A program made the translations under genes and the position numbers. DNA of 63,530 bases, the filler included, from Octopus bimaculoides (Eukaryota), in NCBI RefSeq assembly GCF_001194135.2. It is 5 parts of 5 records of this genome, joined end to end, with 100 filler letters (N's around TTAATTAATTAA, not from the genome) between each part and the next. Parts side by side here need not be neighbours in the genome. Positions count along the whole stretch, not along the records: positions 1 to 9,243 come from NC_068990.1; positions 9,344 to 13,552 come from NC_068986.1; 3 more parts are not named here. One strand, written 5' to 3'. The notes under the pieces were generated by a model. That model saw only the letters and a list, made by a program, of their open reading frames with translations. It was not told the DNA's origin and did not search any database. Shown in pieces: positions 1-11,249 of the stretch; position 1 is the stretch's first letter, and the number at the start of each line of letters is the position of its first letter.

Positions 1-18
1 ATATATATATATATATAT

Positions 19-60
<42 letters not shown>
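1..60. repeat. (TA)n-(TAGA)n compound microsatellite
   Basis: Direct reading. Confidence 0.95.
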
Positions 61-62
<2 letters not shown>

Positions 63-234
63 AACTTACTTGGAAAAGGATGCGTGGCGTTCGATCATAT
101 AATAATATAAATAATATATAGATATATGCATATATCCATACATATATGTACATACCTACATATATATGTAGGTCTTGTTCTCACTATCCTGTTCTTGTTA
201 ACACTTTCACCCTCCGCAAAAAATCCCAAATTTT

Positions 235-420
235 ATTTAATTTGCTTTGCAAGAAGGATTGTTTCAATGAAGTCGCGTATTGTCCTTGCCTTCGAAACAC
301 GGAGTAGATGAAGCAGGGACAACTGAGGAAGGGGTATACTCCTTATTTTGCATGTCTCGTTTCTATGTTTGTTTTTTTCTTTGTTCGAAAAAACGTTCGT
401 CTTCTGTTTCGTTTCTCATT
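235..420 (+). mobile_element. Probable Penelope-like terminal-repeat relic carrying hammerhead core words
   Basis: Contains ttcGAAAcacgg (291-302) and caaCTGAGGAagggg (320-334) with complementary arms. Family assignment is inference. Confidence 0.35.
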
Positions 421-531
421 GTGTTCAACGTTTTTTTGATGCCCTGTATCCATATATGCATGTATATATACATATATATATGTAGGTATGTACATATATG
501 TATGGATATATGCATATATTTATATATTATT

Positions 532-569
<38 letters not shown>

Positions 570-1495
570 CTTACAGAAGCAACAGAGCGGCTTAATGGCC
601 GAGAGTCTCATGCGTTAGATCTTATAAAAGATTGATAACTGGAGACACACGAAACTCTGAACTCTTGAGTCACTCTTTTTTTCTGCTAAATATCTATATC
701 ATGTGTGCGTGTGTACGTGTCTGTGTGCACGTTCACTGAATCTCTCTCTCTATATGAATGGGTAATTATGACTGTGTACCACTTTCATATTTTTCTATGA
801 ATATGCATAAATATTAAATAAATATAATAATTTCGTGAAACGCCTGATGAATGATTTTTTTTAATGCTTTCTTTCTTACTATTAAACAAGTTACTGCATA
901 CATCTTTTGTATTTTCTATATTTGTTTATTAAGACCTTGAGATATTCCTTGTTTGTATGTGTGTGTGTGTGTCCGATATGAATGAGTAGCACACGTGTTT
1001 CAGAGTACTAAACATAATCAACTTTCCGGTCGAAAAATTATATTAAGCTGTGTCTAATCACTGGTATTTCTCGGAAAAGAAAATAGGAAAAAAGAGAACA
1101 AACAGGAAAAGAAATGACTCAGCGTATCTGTCTGTATCAGGCTTAACTAGGTATCGTGTAACTGTTGCGCTAGCTTGCTATGATTTCGTCCAATTGGTAT
1201 CTAGTCTATCGGTCCTTTTTTTTTTTTTTTTTTTTCTCAAACTGCAAAATTACGAGTATAAACAAATGAACACCAGTTGTGATATGGTGAATGTGGACAA
1301 GCATAAAAATACGCGCACGCACTAACNNNNNNNNNNNNNNNNNNNNNNNNNNNNNNNNNNNNNNNNNNNNNNNNNNNNNNNNNNNNNNNNNNNNNNNNNN
1401 NNNNNNNNNNNNNNNNNNNNNNNNNNNNNNNNNNNNNNNNNNNNNNNNNNNNNNNNNNNNNNNNNNNNNNNNNNNNNNNNNNNNNNNNNNNNNNN

Positions 1496-1756
1496 NGGTA
1501 CACCAGGCACATGCATCACAACCATATGTGCGTGACAGAGTGATCTCTTTTCAAGAAAAACACCGCATGACCTCGCAGGTGGGGCCCAGTTACAATTTTC
1601 TTCGGGTGGAGTAGCCCATCTTGCTCAAAAGGTCCCTGAATAAGGGTTGTTTAACGATGTTGAACGAAACACCGAAGTTTTCGAAGGTGAATTATCCAAA
1701 CCCCAAAGAATTCCTCTCAACACAAGGCTACGATGCTCCCCCACTACTTCTGGCGA
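1496..1756 (-). mobile_element. Interspersed repeat family D (LINE/SINE 3' part)
   Basis: Clearly similar to 61310-61560 and 34697-34790 (e.g. aaagaattcctctcaacac..ggctatgatgctcccccactacttc). The 61 kb copy ends in TAA-rich sequence on the minus strand. Confidence 0.7.
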
Positions 1757-2345
1757 TTAGATCAACCCCAGTACGTAACTGGTACTTAATTTATCGACCC
1801 TGAAAGGATAAAAGCAAAGTCGACCTCGACAGAATTTGAGCTCGGAACGTAAAGACAGACGAAACACTGCTAAGCATTTCGCCCGGCGTGCTAAAGTTTC
1901 TTATTTTTTTATTGCCCACAAGGAGCTAAACATAGAGAGGACAAACGAGGACAGACAAAGGGAATAAGTCGATTAGATCGACCCCAGTGTGTAACTCGTA
2001 CTTAATTTATCGACCCCGAAAGGATGAAAGGCAAAGTCGACCTCGACAGAATTTGAGCTCGGAACATAAAGACAGACGAAACACTGCTAAGCATTTCGCC
2101 CGGCGTGCTAACGTTTCTTATTTTGTTATTGCCCACAAGGAGCTAAACATTGAGAGGACAAACGAAGACAGACAAAGGGATTAAGCCGATTAGATCGACC
2201 CCAGTGTGTAACTGGTACTTAATTTATCGACCCCGAAAAGATGAAAGGCAAAGTCGACCTCGGCGGAATTTGAACTCAGAACGTAACGACAGACGAAATA
2301 CTGCTAAGCATTTCGCCCGGCGTGCTAACGTCTCTGCCAGCTCAT
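1757..2345 (-). mobile_element. Head-to-tail trimer of tRNA-derived SINE family A (core gtcgactttgcctttcatcctttcggggtcgataaa)
   Basis: Units start at ~1757, 1971 and 2188 (period ~215 bp). Only the third has the complete gagctggcaga.. head. Confidence 0.9.
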
Positions 2346-2566
2346 TTGACTTATATTCTAACTTCGGAAGTGGAATTGGCGTAGCGTTTGTGAAGTTAGT
2401 CAGGTGGTAAAAGTGTCTAAACCTCACTAATATCTTATCGCTTGATATTATCTAGCTTCATGATTGGGACCGGTGCACAAAGTACGTTTCCTATTGAAAC
2501 GTTTATCAAGAGTGTTGAATCTAGAATGATATTTCGCCGCAGCTTGTGAAAATAACCTGTAAATTC

Positions 2567-2611
<45 letters not shown>

Positions 2612-2759
2612 AAAGAATAGTGATTATTTGTTTTAGCAATTTACCATTATTACTATTTCAGAGATTTTAACGTTTGTGAGCTTTCACAGAACAACCGATT
2701 GCTACTCCATGAGCCTCGAGTATGCGCTAAGTTTTTGTATGATTTTTGCATTTTTCTAT

Positions 2760-3270
2760 TGTATTAACTGTAAACTGCGTAATATGTGTCCTGTGGTTAG
2801 TAGTGATATTTTCTGCATATTTTCTATAACACTTGGTGTTTTCACAACGCTTTTGTCAGAATCTTTTTCTTTGTCACAGCTCCCAAGGCACCATATTATT
2901 ATTACAAAGACTGTTTCCTTTCAATTGACTCATTGCATTTATCTCAATTTCCAGCTCTTTGTATTTGGATGATTTCTCCTTTTCTTTTTAGAAATACGTT
3001 GCCATTCGCTGGAATTCATACGTCGATTAGATGATATTTTTTTTTCTTTTGCATTTGGCATTTGACTATATTATCTGAATGTTTTCCTTCAAGAACGCTA
3101 TGAATTGACATGTCCAAAAGTAGCGTCCATGTGCCAATTTCTGAAATCTTTTATATGTGATGTACCAGAATTATTTCTCGGGTTATTCCATAGTGCTGTT
3201 TCATTATTTGCTTTTGGTAAAGTCTGATACAATGGCCTTCGTCTCGTGGTTTTATAAAAAAAATCCATTT
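2760..3270 (-). mobile_element. Degenerate Dong/R4 non-LTR retrotransposon C-terminus
   Basis: Minus strand reads MQKISLLTTGHILRS near 2783-2825, matching the LQKxxLLGTAxILR terminal motif seen elsewhere in the window. Frameshifted upstream. Confidence 0.6.
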
Positions 3271-3367
3271 CCATTTCGTATCTTTGTTATTTTACACATC
3301 ATTTTATCTACTACTAATCTTACTCTCCCAACTTCTTTCTTTCTTTCTTTCTTTCTTTTTGTCGTTT

Positions 3368-3424
<57 letters not shown>

Positions 3425-4136
3425 AACACACACGCACACGCACAGCCTCAACATACACAATTTTCCTTTTCGCACTCTTCGCCCTCAAGAAATAGCTTCT
3501 GGTATAACCCACCATCCCACATCGCGGATACATCCTAACATCTCTGTTGATAAATAAAATACAAGCGATACGCTGGTACTACATTCGCCATGCCTGAAGA
3601 TATTCATCATTGTCACAAATGGAACGCTTTTGATCAAGGTCTGCTGGATCAAAGCTAACCTATGACTAAACAAAAACAATTTAAAGCAAAAATACTATAG
3701 ATAATATTACTCTACATTTATCTTTCACTGCCATGCTGCGGAATTGAACACGGAACCACGTAGCGGAATATATTCGATCATTAGTCGATTGGAGCAAGAG
3801 TGCAAAGGGGCTGAACAGCAAAACAAAGCAGCAAATACAACTGAAATGCTGTAAAAGCAAGTTTGGCCGCGGAGGTATTTCAACTCATAATGCAGCTGTG
3901 CCTATTGTCCGATGGGCTAACGATTCTGCCAGCTGTCCGCCAACTGTTATATCCTTAGTATTATTTACTTATTGATTGCCAACGAGAGGCTAAACATAGA
4001 GGGGACAAACAAGGACAGACAAAGGGATCAAGTCGATTACATCGAACCCCAGTGCGTAACTAATACCCATTTAATCGACCTCGAAAGGATAAAAGGCAAA
4101 GTCGACTTCGGCGGAATTTGAACTCAGAGCGTCGTC

Positions 4137-4355
4137 GTGGCACTTCCTTGGTTACGACGACGAAGGTTCCAGTTGATCCAATCAACGGAACAGTCTGCTC
4201 GCGAAATTAAAGTGCAAGTGGCTGAGCTCTCCTCAGACGCGTGTACTCTTAACGTAGTTCTCGGAGAGATTCAGCGTGACACAGAGTGCGACAAGGCTGG
4301 CCTTTCGAAATACAGGTACAACAGAAACAGGAAGAGTGAGAGAAAGTTGAGGTGG
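4137..4355 (-). mobile_element. 3' half of SINE family C
   Basis: Reverse complement aligns by eye to the 3' half of the full copy at 47909-48228. Confidence 0.8.
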
Positions 4356-4574
4356 ANNNNNNNNNNNNNNNNNNNNNNNNNNNNNNNNNNNNNNNNNNNN
4401 NNNNNNNNNNNNNNNNNCAAGAGTGCAAAGGGGCTGAACAGCAAAACAAAGCAGCAAATACAACTGAAATGCTGTAAAAGCAAGTTTGGCCGCGGAGGTA
4501 TTTCAACTCATAATGCAGCTGTGCCTATTGTCCGATGGGCTAACGATTCTGCCAGCTGTCCGCCAACTGTTATA

Positions 4575-4815
4575 TCCTTAGTATTATTTACTTATTGATT
4601 GCCAACGAGAGGCTAAACATAGAGGGGACAAACAAGGACAGACAAACGGATTAAGTCGATTATATCGACCCCAGTGCGTAACTGGTACTTATTTAATCGA
4701 CCCCGAAAGGATGAAAGGCAAAGTCGACCTCGGCGGAATTTGAACTCAGAACGTAAAGACAGACGAAATACCGCTAAACATTTTGCCTGGCGTGCTAACG
4801 ATTGCGGCAGCTCTC
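4575..4815 (-). mobile_element. SINE family A copy (CpG-rich)
   Basis: Same core and tail as 1757-2345. A related copy lies at 3975-4130. Confidence 0.85.
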
Positions 4816-5153
4816 CGCCAACAGTGATATCCTTCTTATTATTGCCACAACAGTAATATCCCTCTCATTACCTTCCTTGTTATCTGAAATTTGGGGCGAA
4901 GGGGAAAGCTGATAACACGGTTCCCATTGTTCAACTGGCATTTATTTCATCGACTCCGAAAGGATGAATTGCAAATCTGATTTCGAAGATATTTGAACTC
5001 ATAACGTTAAGAAGGAGAACAAAATGCAGCTAAGCATCTTGTTCGATGCGCTAACGCTTCTGCCAGCTCGCTACCCAACACTATTATAACAACAAACCGT
5101 AACATCAACTACGACAACAACATGGCAGTGAACATTAATTACGATAAACTTAC

Positions 5154-5204
5154 AAATACTTTCTGGATGAAAGAAGCAGATGGTTATAGCGAGTCAGAAT
5201 TGAC
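5154..5204 (-). CDS. Candidate 51-nt symmetric exon (xSILTRYNHLLLSSRKYx), product unknown
   Basis: acttaaccgcAG acceptor and GTAAGT donor. One open frame. No homology recognised. Confidence 0.2.
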
Positions 5205-5527
5205 CTGCGGTTAAGTACCGACATGTGAAAAATTTCGCAACCTACATCGCACATAGACAAGATGTATAGATGTACTGACACACAGACACACAGACACATG
5301 TAACAGCGTCACACGGTGTAGAATGCACGATGCAGTTTGATATGACAGACGTAACTGACATATAGCAGCAGGTAAACAAGTAAAGAATGAAACAGAGCGA
5401 GAGAAATATAAGCATGATTAGTCAGGGTGCATATATGTGCCTTGTATAACATGCTAATGCATATGGGTGTTGATGGGTGTACTTTACTGTGTGTTTGTGT
5501 GTATGTGTGTATCTATGTATGCACTTA

Positions 5528-5616
<89 letters not shown>

Positions 5617-5681
5617 GTGTGTGTGTGTGTGTGTACGCGCGCACGAGTGTGTATGCAAATGTTTAATCAGCAGAATGTTAG

Positions 5682-5735
5682 AAAACTGACCTATGGCTTA
5701 AGAGTTTCGCGCAGAGAGTACTCATCAGTATTTTT
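5682..5735 (-). ncRNA. Near-intact minimal type I hammerhead ribozyme motif (Penelope type)
   Basis: Minus strand aaaaataCTGATGAgtac-tctct-gcgcGAAAct-cttaagccata-ggTC|agtttt: core words, partial stem II, GUC cleavage triplet, imperfect stem I. Confidence 0.5.
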
Positions 5736-5819
5736 AAAGTGCTATGTACGAAACTCTCATTTTTAGGTCACTTCTGTTAATAATAATAATAATAATAATA
5801 ATAACATCAACAACAAACT

Positions 5820-6211
5820 ATGCTGAATCATAGATATAGCATGCCCAAGAAAACAAACTATGCTGGATCAGATATAGCATGTCCAGCTGACAAGGTATGC
5901 GATAAGGAAGAAAGAAAAGCCGAGAGATATGACAGGTTAGGTTGGGAAGTTAAGCAGTTGCGGTCGATGAAAAGGGTAGCAGTAGTACCAATAATTGTCG
6001 GAGCCCTGGGAACAGTGAGCAAAAATCTCGAGAAGTACGTGGAACAAATAGGGGCTGCAATAAGGGTGGAGCACTTGCAGAAAACACCACTGCTTGGAAC
6101 CGCTCGAATACTCCGGAAGGTGCTCGAAAAATAAGTGGTGTCACCTTAGTTCACTGGGAGTGAACAGCTGACACTGAAATACATCTCCAGCGTTAGAAGC
6201 TGTGCAAAGGC
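5820..6211 (+). mobile_element. 5'-truncated Dong/R4 LINE: REL-endonuclease C-terminus plus 3' UTR, flanked by (TAA)n
   Basis: DIACPAD..KAERYDRLGWEV..VVPIIVGALGTV..LQKTPLLGTARILRKVLEK*; (TAA)n on both sides, the established Dong target. Confidence 0.85.
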
Positions 6212-6275
<64 letters not shown>

Positions 6276-6579
6276 GTGCTCATGAGAACTGCTCATATCC
6301 TACGTAAAATATCGTCCATGTAATACCCAAACCTATTTTTATCAGTAAACATTACAAAAAGTACTTTTAAATGTACATAATAGCAAACACCCATTACTCT
6401 CATACAATCATCTTATAATCAAATTATTTTTAAAACAAACTTCTAATTGTCTTGTTTTCACAGACATCCTCTAGAACAATATTCTGTGCAAAACTAATAA
6501 TATGGCATCCTAGTCATAGCATCAAAACTGAACTTCTAAATTGTTGTTTCTTGCGGTCCCTGGGTGAGACTTGGAGTCG

Positions 6580-6790
6580 ACCGTGTACAAATACAAAGCA
6601 AAAGCCAGGAAATTGGAATAGAGTGCCCGGTAGAACTGTTACAAAAGGTTTGCCTCCTTGGCAGGCCAGAATAATCAGGAAAGTATCAGATAGCTGAAAA
6701 GAACGAATAGCACGGTACCGTAGGCTGCAGGTAGCAAGCCCACTACGCATGCAAGACTCCAGGAGTTCCAACAAAAACTGTTATAAAGAG
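6580..6790 (+). mobile_element. Second Dong/R4 family 3' end
   Basis: GIECPVELLQKVCLLG(fs)ARIIRKVSDS*, then UTR and (TAA)n. Confidence 0.7.
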
Positions 6791-6862
<72 letters not shown>

Positions 6863-7016
6863 GTATTGCAAAAATTGGTACTACTTGGAACTGCACGCAT
6901 ATTGCGTAATGTGCTGTTTGTTTGAGGTCCTTATGACTTGACAGTCAGTACAAACCCCCGGTAGACACAATATCTTCAATCAACAACCTCACGATACTGT
7001 ATACTGTGCGACGTGT
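6863..7016 (+). mobile_element. Third Dong/R4 family 3' end
   Basis: VLQKLVLLGTARILRNVLFV* directly after (TAA)n, then UTR and (TAA)n. Confidence 0.75.
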
Positions 7017-7200
7017 ATAATAATAATAGTAGTAGTAATAATAATAATAATAATAATAATAATGATAATAATAATAATTTATATATTCTCATGTATTGAT
7101 TTCTGTTTATGATGTTTTCTGTCAAATCTATACGGATGTGTGAATGTATGCATGTATGTACATATGTATGAGTATATCTATATCTATATGTCTATCTTCT

Positions 7201-7274
<74 letters not shown>

Positions 7275-7869
7275 AACACACATAAACATACATGAACACC
7301 CCATTAACACACACGTCCCCTCCACACACACATCCCCTCCACACACACATCCTCTACCTCCTAATGTTTTATATTCAGTGTTGGAAGTATTAATATTATT
7401 ATTCTACATTTATATGGGAGTCGAGTATCCTTCTTCTGTCTAACCACTGACGGATTATTTATATAGTCATTACAAACTTCTTTGTGAAATATGTAGATGT
7501 CAGGGAATTTTCGTGCAAAGAAAAAAAAAAATCTAAACAGAAATGTTTTGCCATTAACGCTGTTTGAGTATTTCTATGAAGTGCCATCCCGTGGGCTAAA
7601 TACAGAAAGTAATATTTAATTCTAATAAACCAAAATAGAAAAAATACTGTGGAAATATTTTAAAATTTAATTGTACAGTGTCAACTATGGACGAGTTTCC
7701 ATTGTATTATACCTCTTCAGCGAAGCAGATCTTTCTTGTAATTTAATTCTGAATTAGCTTATTAAATCATACATGCTAGCATCCACTTTACTATTACATT
7801 TTTGCACATTTTTTAGTCATTCCAATATCTTTCAGTAACATTTGGATCAGTACTTTCTTAGCTTTCTCA

Positions 7870-8135
7870 CATCTGCGACACTTAGACTTGAAATTAGGCC
7901 CCAGGACCCGTAAGTGCTTTCCCTGGCATTTAGGTGACTGAGGTAACAAACCTTCCATCCCCTGGACGGGATGACGGTTCGTCGGAGGTTTAACTTCCCA
8001 GCTATTGCGGGAAGTTGTTTGTAGCTGAGCTGATTGGGAAATGAAGTATTTTAAACTGAAGAAAACGACGTGTCGTCCTGTCTGGGAATCGAAACCACGA
8101 TCTAACAATCATCACTGCAACACACTAATAAATAG
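7870..8135 (-). mobile_element. Degenerate tRNA-derived SINE (family C group)
   Basis: B-box-like gtggtttcgattccc on the minus strand. Similar to 9820-10070 and 11250-11500. Confidence 0.65.
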
Positions 8136-8280
8136 GCTGCGCAACACAATGAAAGCAAAATCAAACAAAAGCAAATCGTGAGACAATTTTTCTTTTTACT
8201 TTTTAGAAACCCGAAAAGTTAACAAAATCAATGGCCTGAAATTTCAGGGGAAATAGCGAGTCAATAACATCGACCTCAGT

Positions 8281-8576
8281 CCTTGATAGTGTTGTTTGTT
8301 TCTTCTCGAGCCATGCCTGGCTCATAAGGGCCGGTTTCTCGGCTTCATTGACGTATAGGTTCCCCAACTGGATGGGGCTCTGGTCCGTCGCAGATGAGCT
8401 GCTAGATGCAGGAGGAAAGAGTGAGCGAAAGTTGTGGTGAAAGAATCAGTTGAAGTTCGCCATTACCTTCTGCCGGAGCCTTCGCTCATAAACACAAACA
8501 TCGCCCGGTCCGAGATTCGAACCCGTGATCTCTCGACCGCGTTTCCGCTGCTCTAACCACTAGGCCATGTGCCTCT
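8281..8576 (-). mobile_element. tRNA-derived SINE inserted into a family A SINE with 8-bp TSD
   Basis: Head ggcacatggcctagtggttagagc..gggttcgaatctc on the minus strand. acctcagt at 8273-8280 and 8577-8584. Confidence 0.8.
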
Positions 8577-8940
8577 ACCTCAGTGCTTCACTGGTACTTA
8601 TTTCATCGACCCCAAAAGGATGAAAGGCAGAGGCGAAAACGACCTCGACGGAAATTGAACGAAGTGTCACCGAAATTGAACGAATTGTCCGACGTGCTAA
8701 CGATTCTGCTAGCTCCCATCTTAACGAAATAACTAACTACCCAATTACAAATCTATTATCTGACGTGATACTTGCTATTTTTCCAATCGTACTGGGAGTC
8801 GTAACATTTCAAATACGATTTCACAGACAAAACAAAGCCTAAAAAAATTATCAGGTTTAACTAAATTTCACAACACAATAAGAAATTATCACAGGTATGT
8901 GCTATAGCATCGCAAAACCATTCGGCAGCCTTGCCTGTGT

Positions 8941-8992
8941 CTACGACTTGCTGAAGATGTTTAGTGAAACGGAGAAACGTCCGGATGTAGCA
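8941..8992 (+). ncRNA. Degenerate Penelope-type hammerhead motif
   Basis: ctacgacttgCTGAAGAt-gtttagtgaaac-ggaGAAAcgtC|cggatgtag: palindromic ACGT stem III, GUC triplet, extra bases before GAAA. Confidence 0.35.
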
Positions 8993-9193
8993 CCGTTCTG
9001 CTTATATCACAGATATTCCGTAAAGTGTTTCATGTTATTTTAATAATTCACATATTTTAATTATGATTTTTGAGTAGCCTCCCCTCTCAAACTTTAGATG
9101 AAATTTCGATTACGTTAAATTAGTCTGCTTATTGCATCAATGACGATAGTAATCACAAACCGTGAATGTAAGTTACATATTATGTGTTATGTA

Positions 9194-9236
<43 letters not shown>

Positions 9237-9287
9237 GTATATANNNNNNNNNNNNNNNNNNNNNNNNNNNNNNNNNNNNNNNNNNNN

Positions 9288-9299
9288 TTAATTAATTAA
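9288..9299. other. Artificial scaffolding linker TTAATTAATTAA centred in a 100-bp gap (also 13597-13608, 29002-29013, 60302-60313)
   Basis: Identical 12-mer with stops in all six frames; 44 N on each side where counted. Confidence 0.9.
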
Positions 9300-9450
9300 N
9301 NNNNNNNNNNNNNNNNNNNNNNNNNNNNNNNNNNNNNNNNNNNGGTGGTGGTGGTGGTGGTGGTGGTGGTGGTGGTGACAACGACGACGACGACGACGAT
9401 GATGATAATGGTGATGGTGATGATGATGAGGAGGAGGATGATGATGATGC

Positions 9451-9660
9451 GAGCTGGCAGAATCCTAAGCATCCAGGACAAAGTGCATAGCAGCATTACG
9501 TTCTGAGTTCAAACTCCCGCTGAGGTCGACTTTGTCTTTCATTCTTTGTCGATGCAATAAATACCAGTTGAACGCTGTGAACAATGTGATCGACTGGCCC
9601 CTGCCTAAAATTTCAAGCCTTGTGCCTATAGTAGGAAGGTTTACTATTGTTATTAAATTT
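9451..9660 (+). mobile_element. SINE family A copy
   Basis: gagctggcagaatc..gaggtcgactttgtctttcattc core. Confidence 0.8.
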
Positions 9661-10170
9661 ACAGGTACAATAAATGTACTCCTGAAGCCACGTTTGTCTG
9701 ATAAAATTGCAGATCAACCAGTGTTAACGTAGAACCTAACACAAACTATGAAAAAAAATAATAAAAGAGGGCATTAATAATCGGTAAGCTTCAAAAAAAA
9801 CAAACAAAAATGTAAAAAGTCCTTCCCGAGCCACAGGCTCATGAGATTAGTTTCACGGATTCTGTGACGTGAATATCCTCCTCTTCGCTGCCCTGGACGG
9901 GACACTGTTCCATTTCAGAAATAATCATTTTTGCCATTTGAGTGAGTTTGGATTAACGAGAAATGAAGTGATTTGTTCTAGAACAAAACGCATTGCCCAG
10001 TCCACGAATCGAAACTATAATCTTGCGATCATGAGAGCGATCTTTAATGCAATACCCTCGCCACTGAACCACACGCCTTCACAACCGAAAAAACATAGAC
10101 CAAAGAAATTCATGCCGTAGTTGCATATAGGAAAGCAATTCCAAGGAAGAATATACATATACATATACAT

Positions 10171-10330
10171 AGGAGTGGCTGTGTGGTAAGTAGCTTGCTT
10201 CCCAACCACATGGTTCCGGGTTCAGTCCCATTGCGTGGTACCTTGGGCAAGTGTCTTCTACTATAGCCTCTGGCCGATGAAAGCCTTGTGAGTGGATTTG
10301 GTAGACGGAAACTGAAAGAAGCCCGTCGTA

Positions 10331-10428
<98 letters not shown>

Positions 10429-10630
10429 TGTGTCTGTGTCTGTCCCCCAACATCGCTTGACAACCGAAGCTGGTGTGTTTACGTCCCCGTAAACCAGCGG
10501 TTCGGCAAAAGAAACCGATAGAATAAGTACTAGGCTTCCCAAGAATAAGTCTTGGGGTCGATTTGCTCGACTAAAGGCGGTGCTCCAGCATGGCCGCAGT
10601 CAAAATGACTGAAACAAATAAAAGAATAAA
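10171..10630 (+). mobile_element. Full-length tRNA-derived SINE family B with internal (TA)n(TG)n microsatellite
   Basis: aggagtggctgtgtggtaag..gggttcagtccc head; tail ctccagcatggccgcagtcaaaatgactgaaac. Other copies at 12235-12392(-), 15465-15890, 53140-53295(-), 55835-56040 and 59580-59935. Confidence 0.9.
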
Positions 10631-11162
10631 AGAATATCTGTGTAAGAAATCGTTGTGTTCGGAGAGACAATCTAACCAAATAGCAACAGACTGAATTGTG
10701 TAATTTATTCAGTAAATGTAAAGGTATCGAAAGAAGCCGGATTCGATTTTGATAGATTCAGAGTATGATCAGCCAGGCCAAATAAGAAAGAAATATAGAA
10801 AGAAAATATTTAACTTAAAATTGGATGAGATGCCTTACTGAACTAACTTAAGTTAACGCACATGACAACGGAAATGGTAAAAAAAATGCATCAAAACATT
10901 TTACTAATAAGAAAGAAGACAGTTTTGAAAGTTACAGGTAGGCTTAAGCTAATCATATCAACGTAAAATCATGCAGGTTTCGAGGCTTCAGGAAAACAAG
11001 GTAACTTAATTACATAGCTTTATAATTTTACAGGAGTTGTTATAAAATAGCGACGGTAATTCCAGAATTATGATAGAAAATACGGAACAAAAATATCCAG
11101 CATATTCAGAAAGTACAGTGGATTTTAAGGGAAAAGGACAATGAAAAACGCAATGATATTAC

Positions 11163-11216
11163 AAACAAGACCCGCCATATTTGACAAAGAATTATTAAAT
11201 ATGGCGGGTCGTGTTT
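11163..11216. other. 20-bp-arm inverted repeat (1 mismatch, 14-nt loop)
   Basis: aaacaagacccgccatattt / aaatatggcgggtcgtgttt. Confidence 0.85.
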
Positions 11217-11249
11217 ATTTTATTCATAAGTTATGAATGTTAGGTCTCG

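Noticed and set aside
601-680. CTGGAGA-cacac-GAAActc..gagtC hammerhead-like string
   Set aside because: A6 is replaced by G, there is no stem II, and stem I does not pair at the core.
836-850. GAAAcgcCTGATGA
   Set aside because: Core words are adjacent without supporting helices.
3792-4660. ~240-bp direct repeat either side of a gap (3792-4030 vs 4418-4660)
   Set aside because: Identical until the SINE starts and then diverges. Most likely overlapping contig ends mis-extended through a repeat.
7685-7730. Minus-strand CTGAAGA..GAAActcgtC
   Set aside because: No stem I pairing and extra bases around stem II; could be chance.
9288-9299. TTAATTAATTAA recurring four times in mid-gap
   Set aside because: Artificial six-frame-stop scaffolding linker, not biology.
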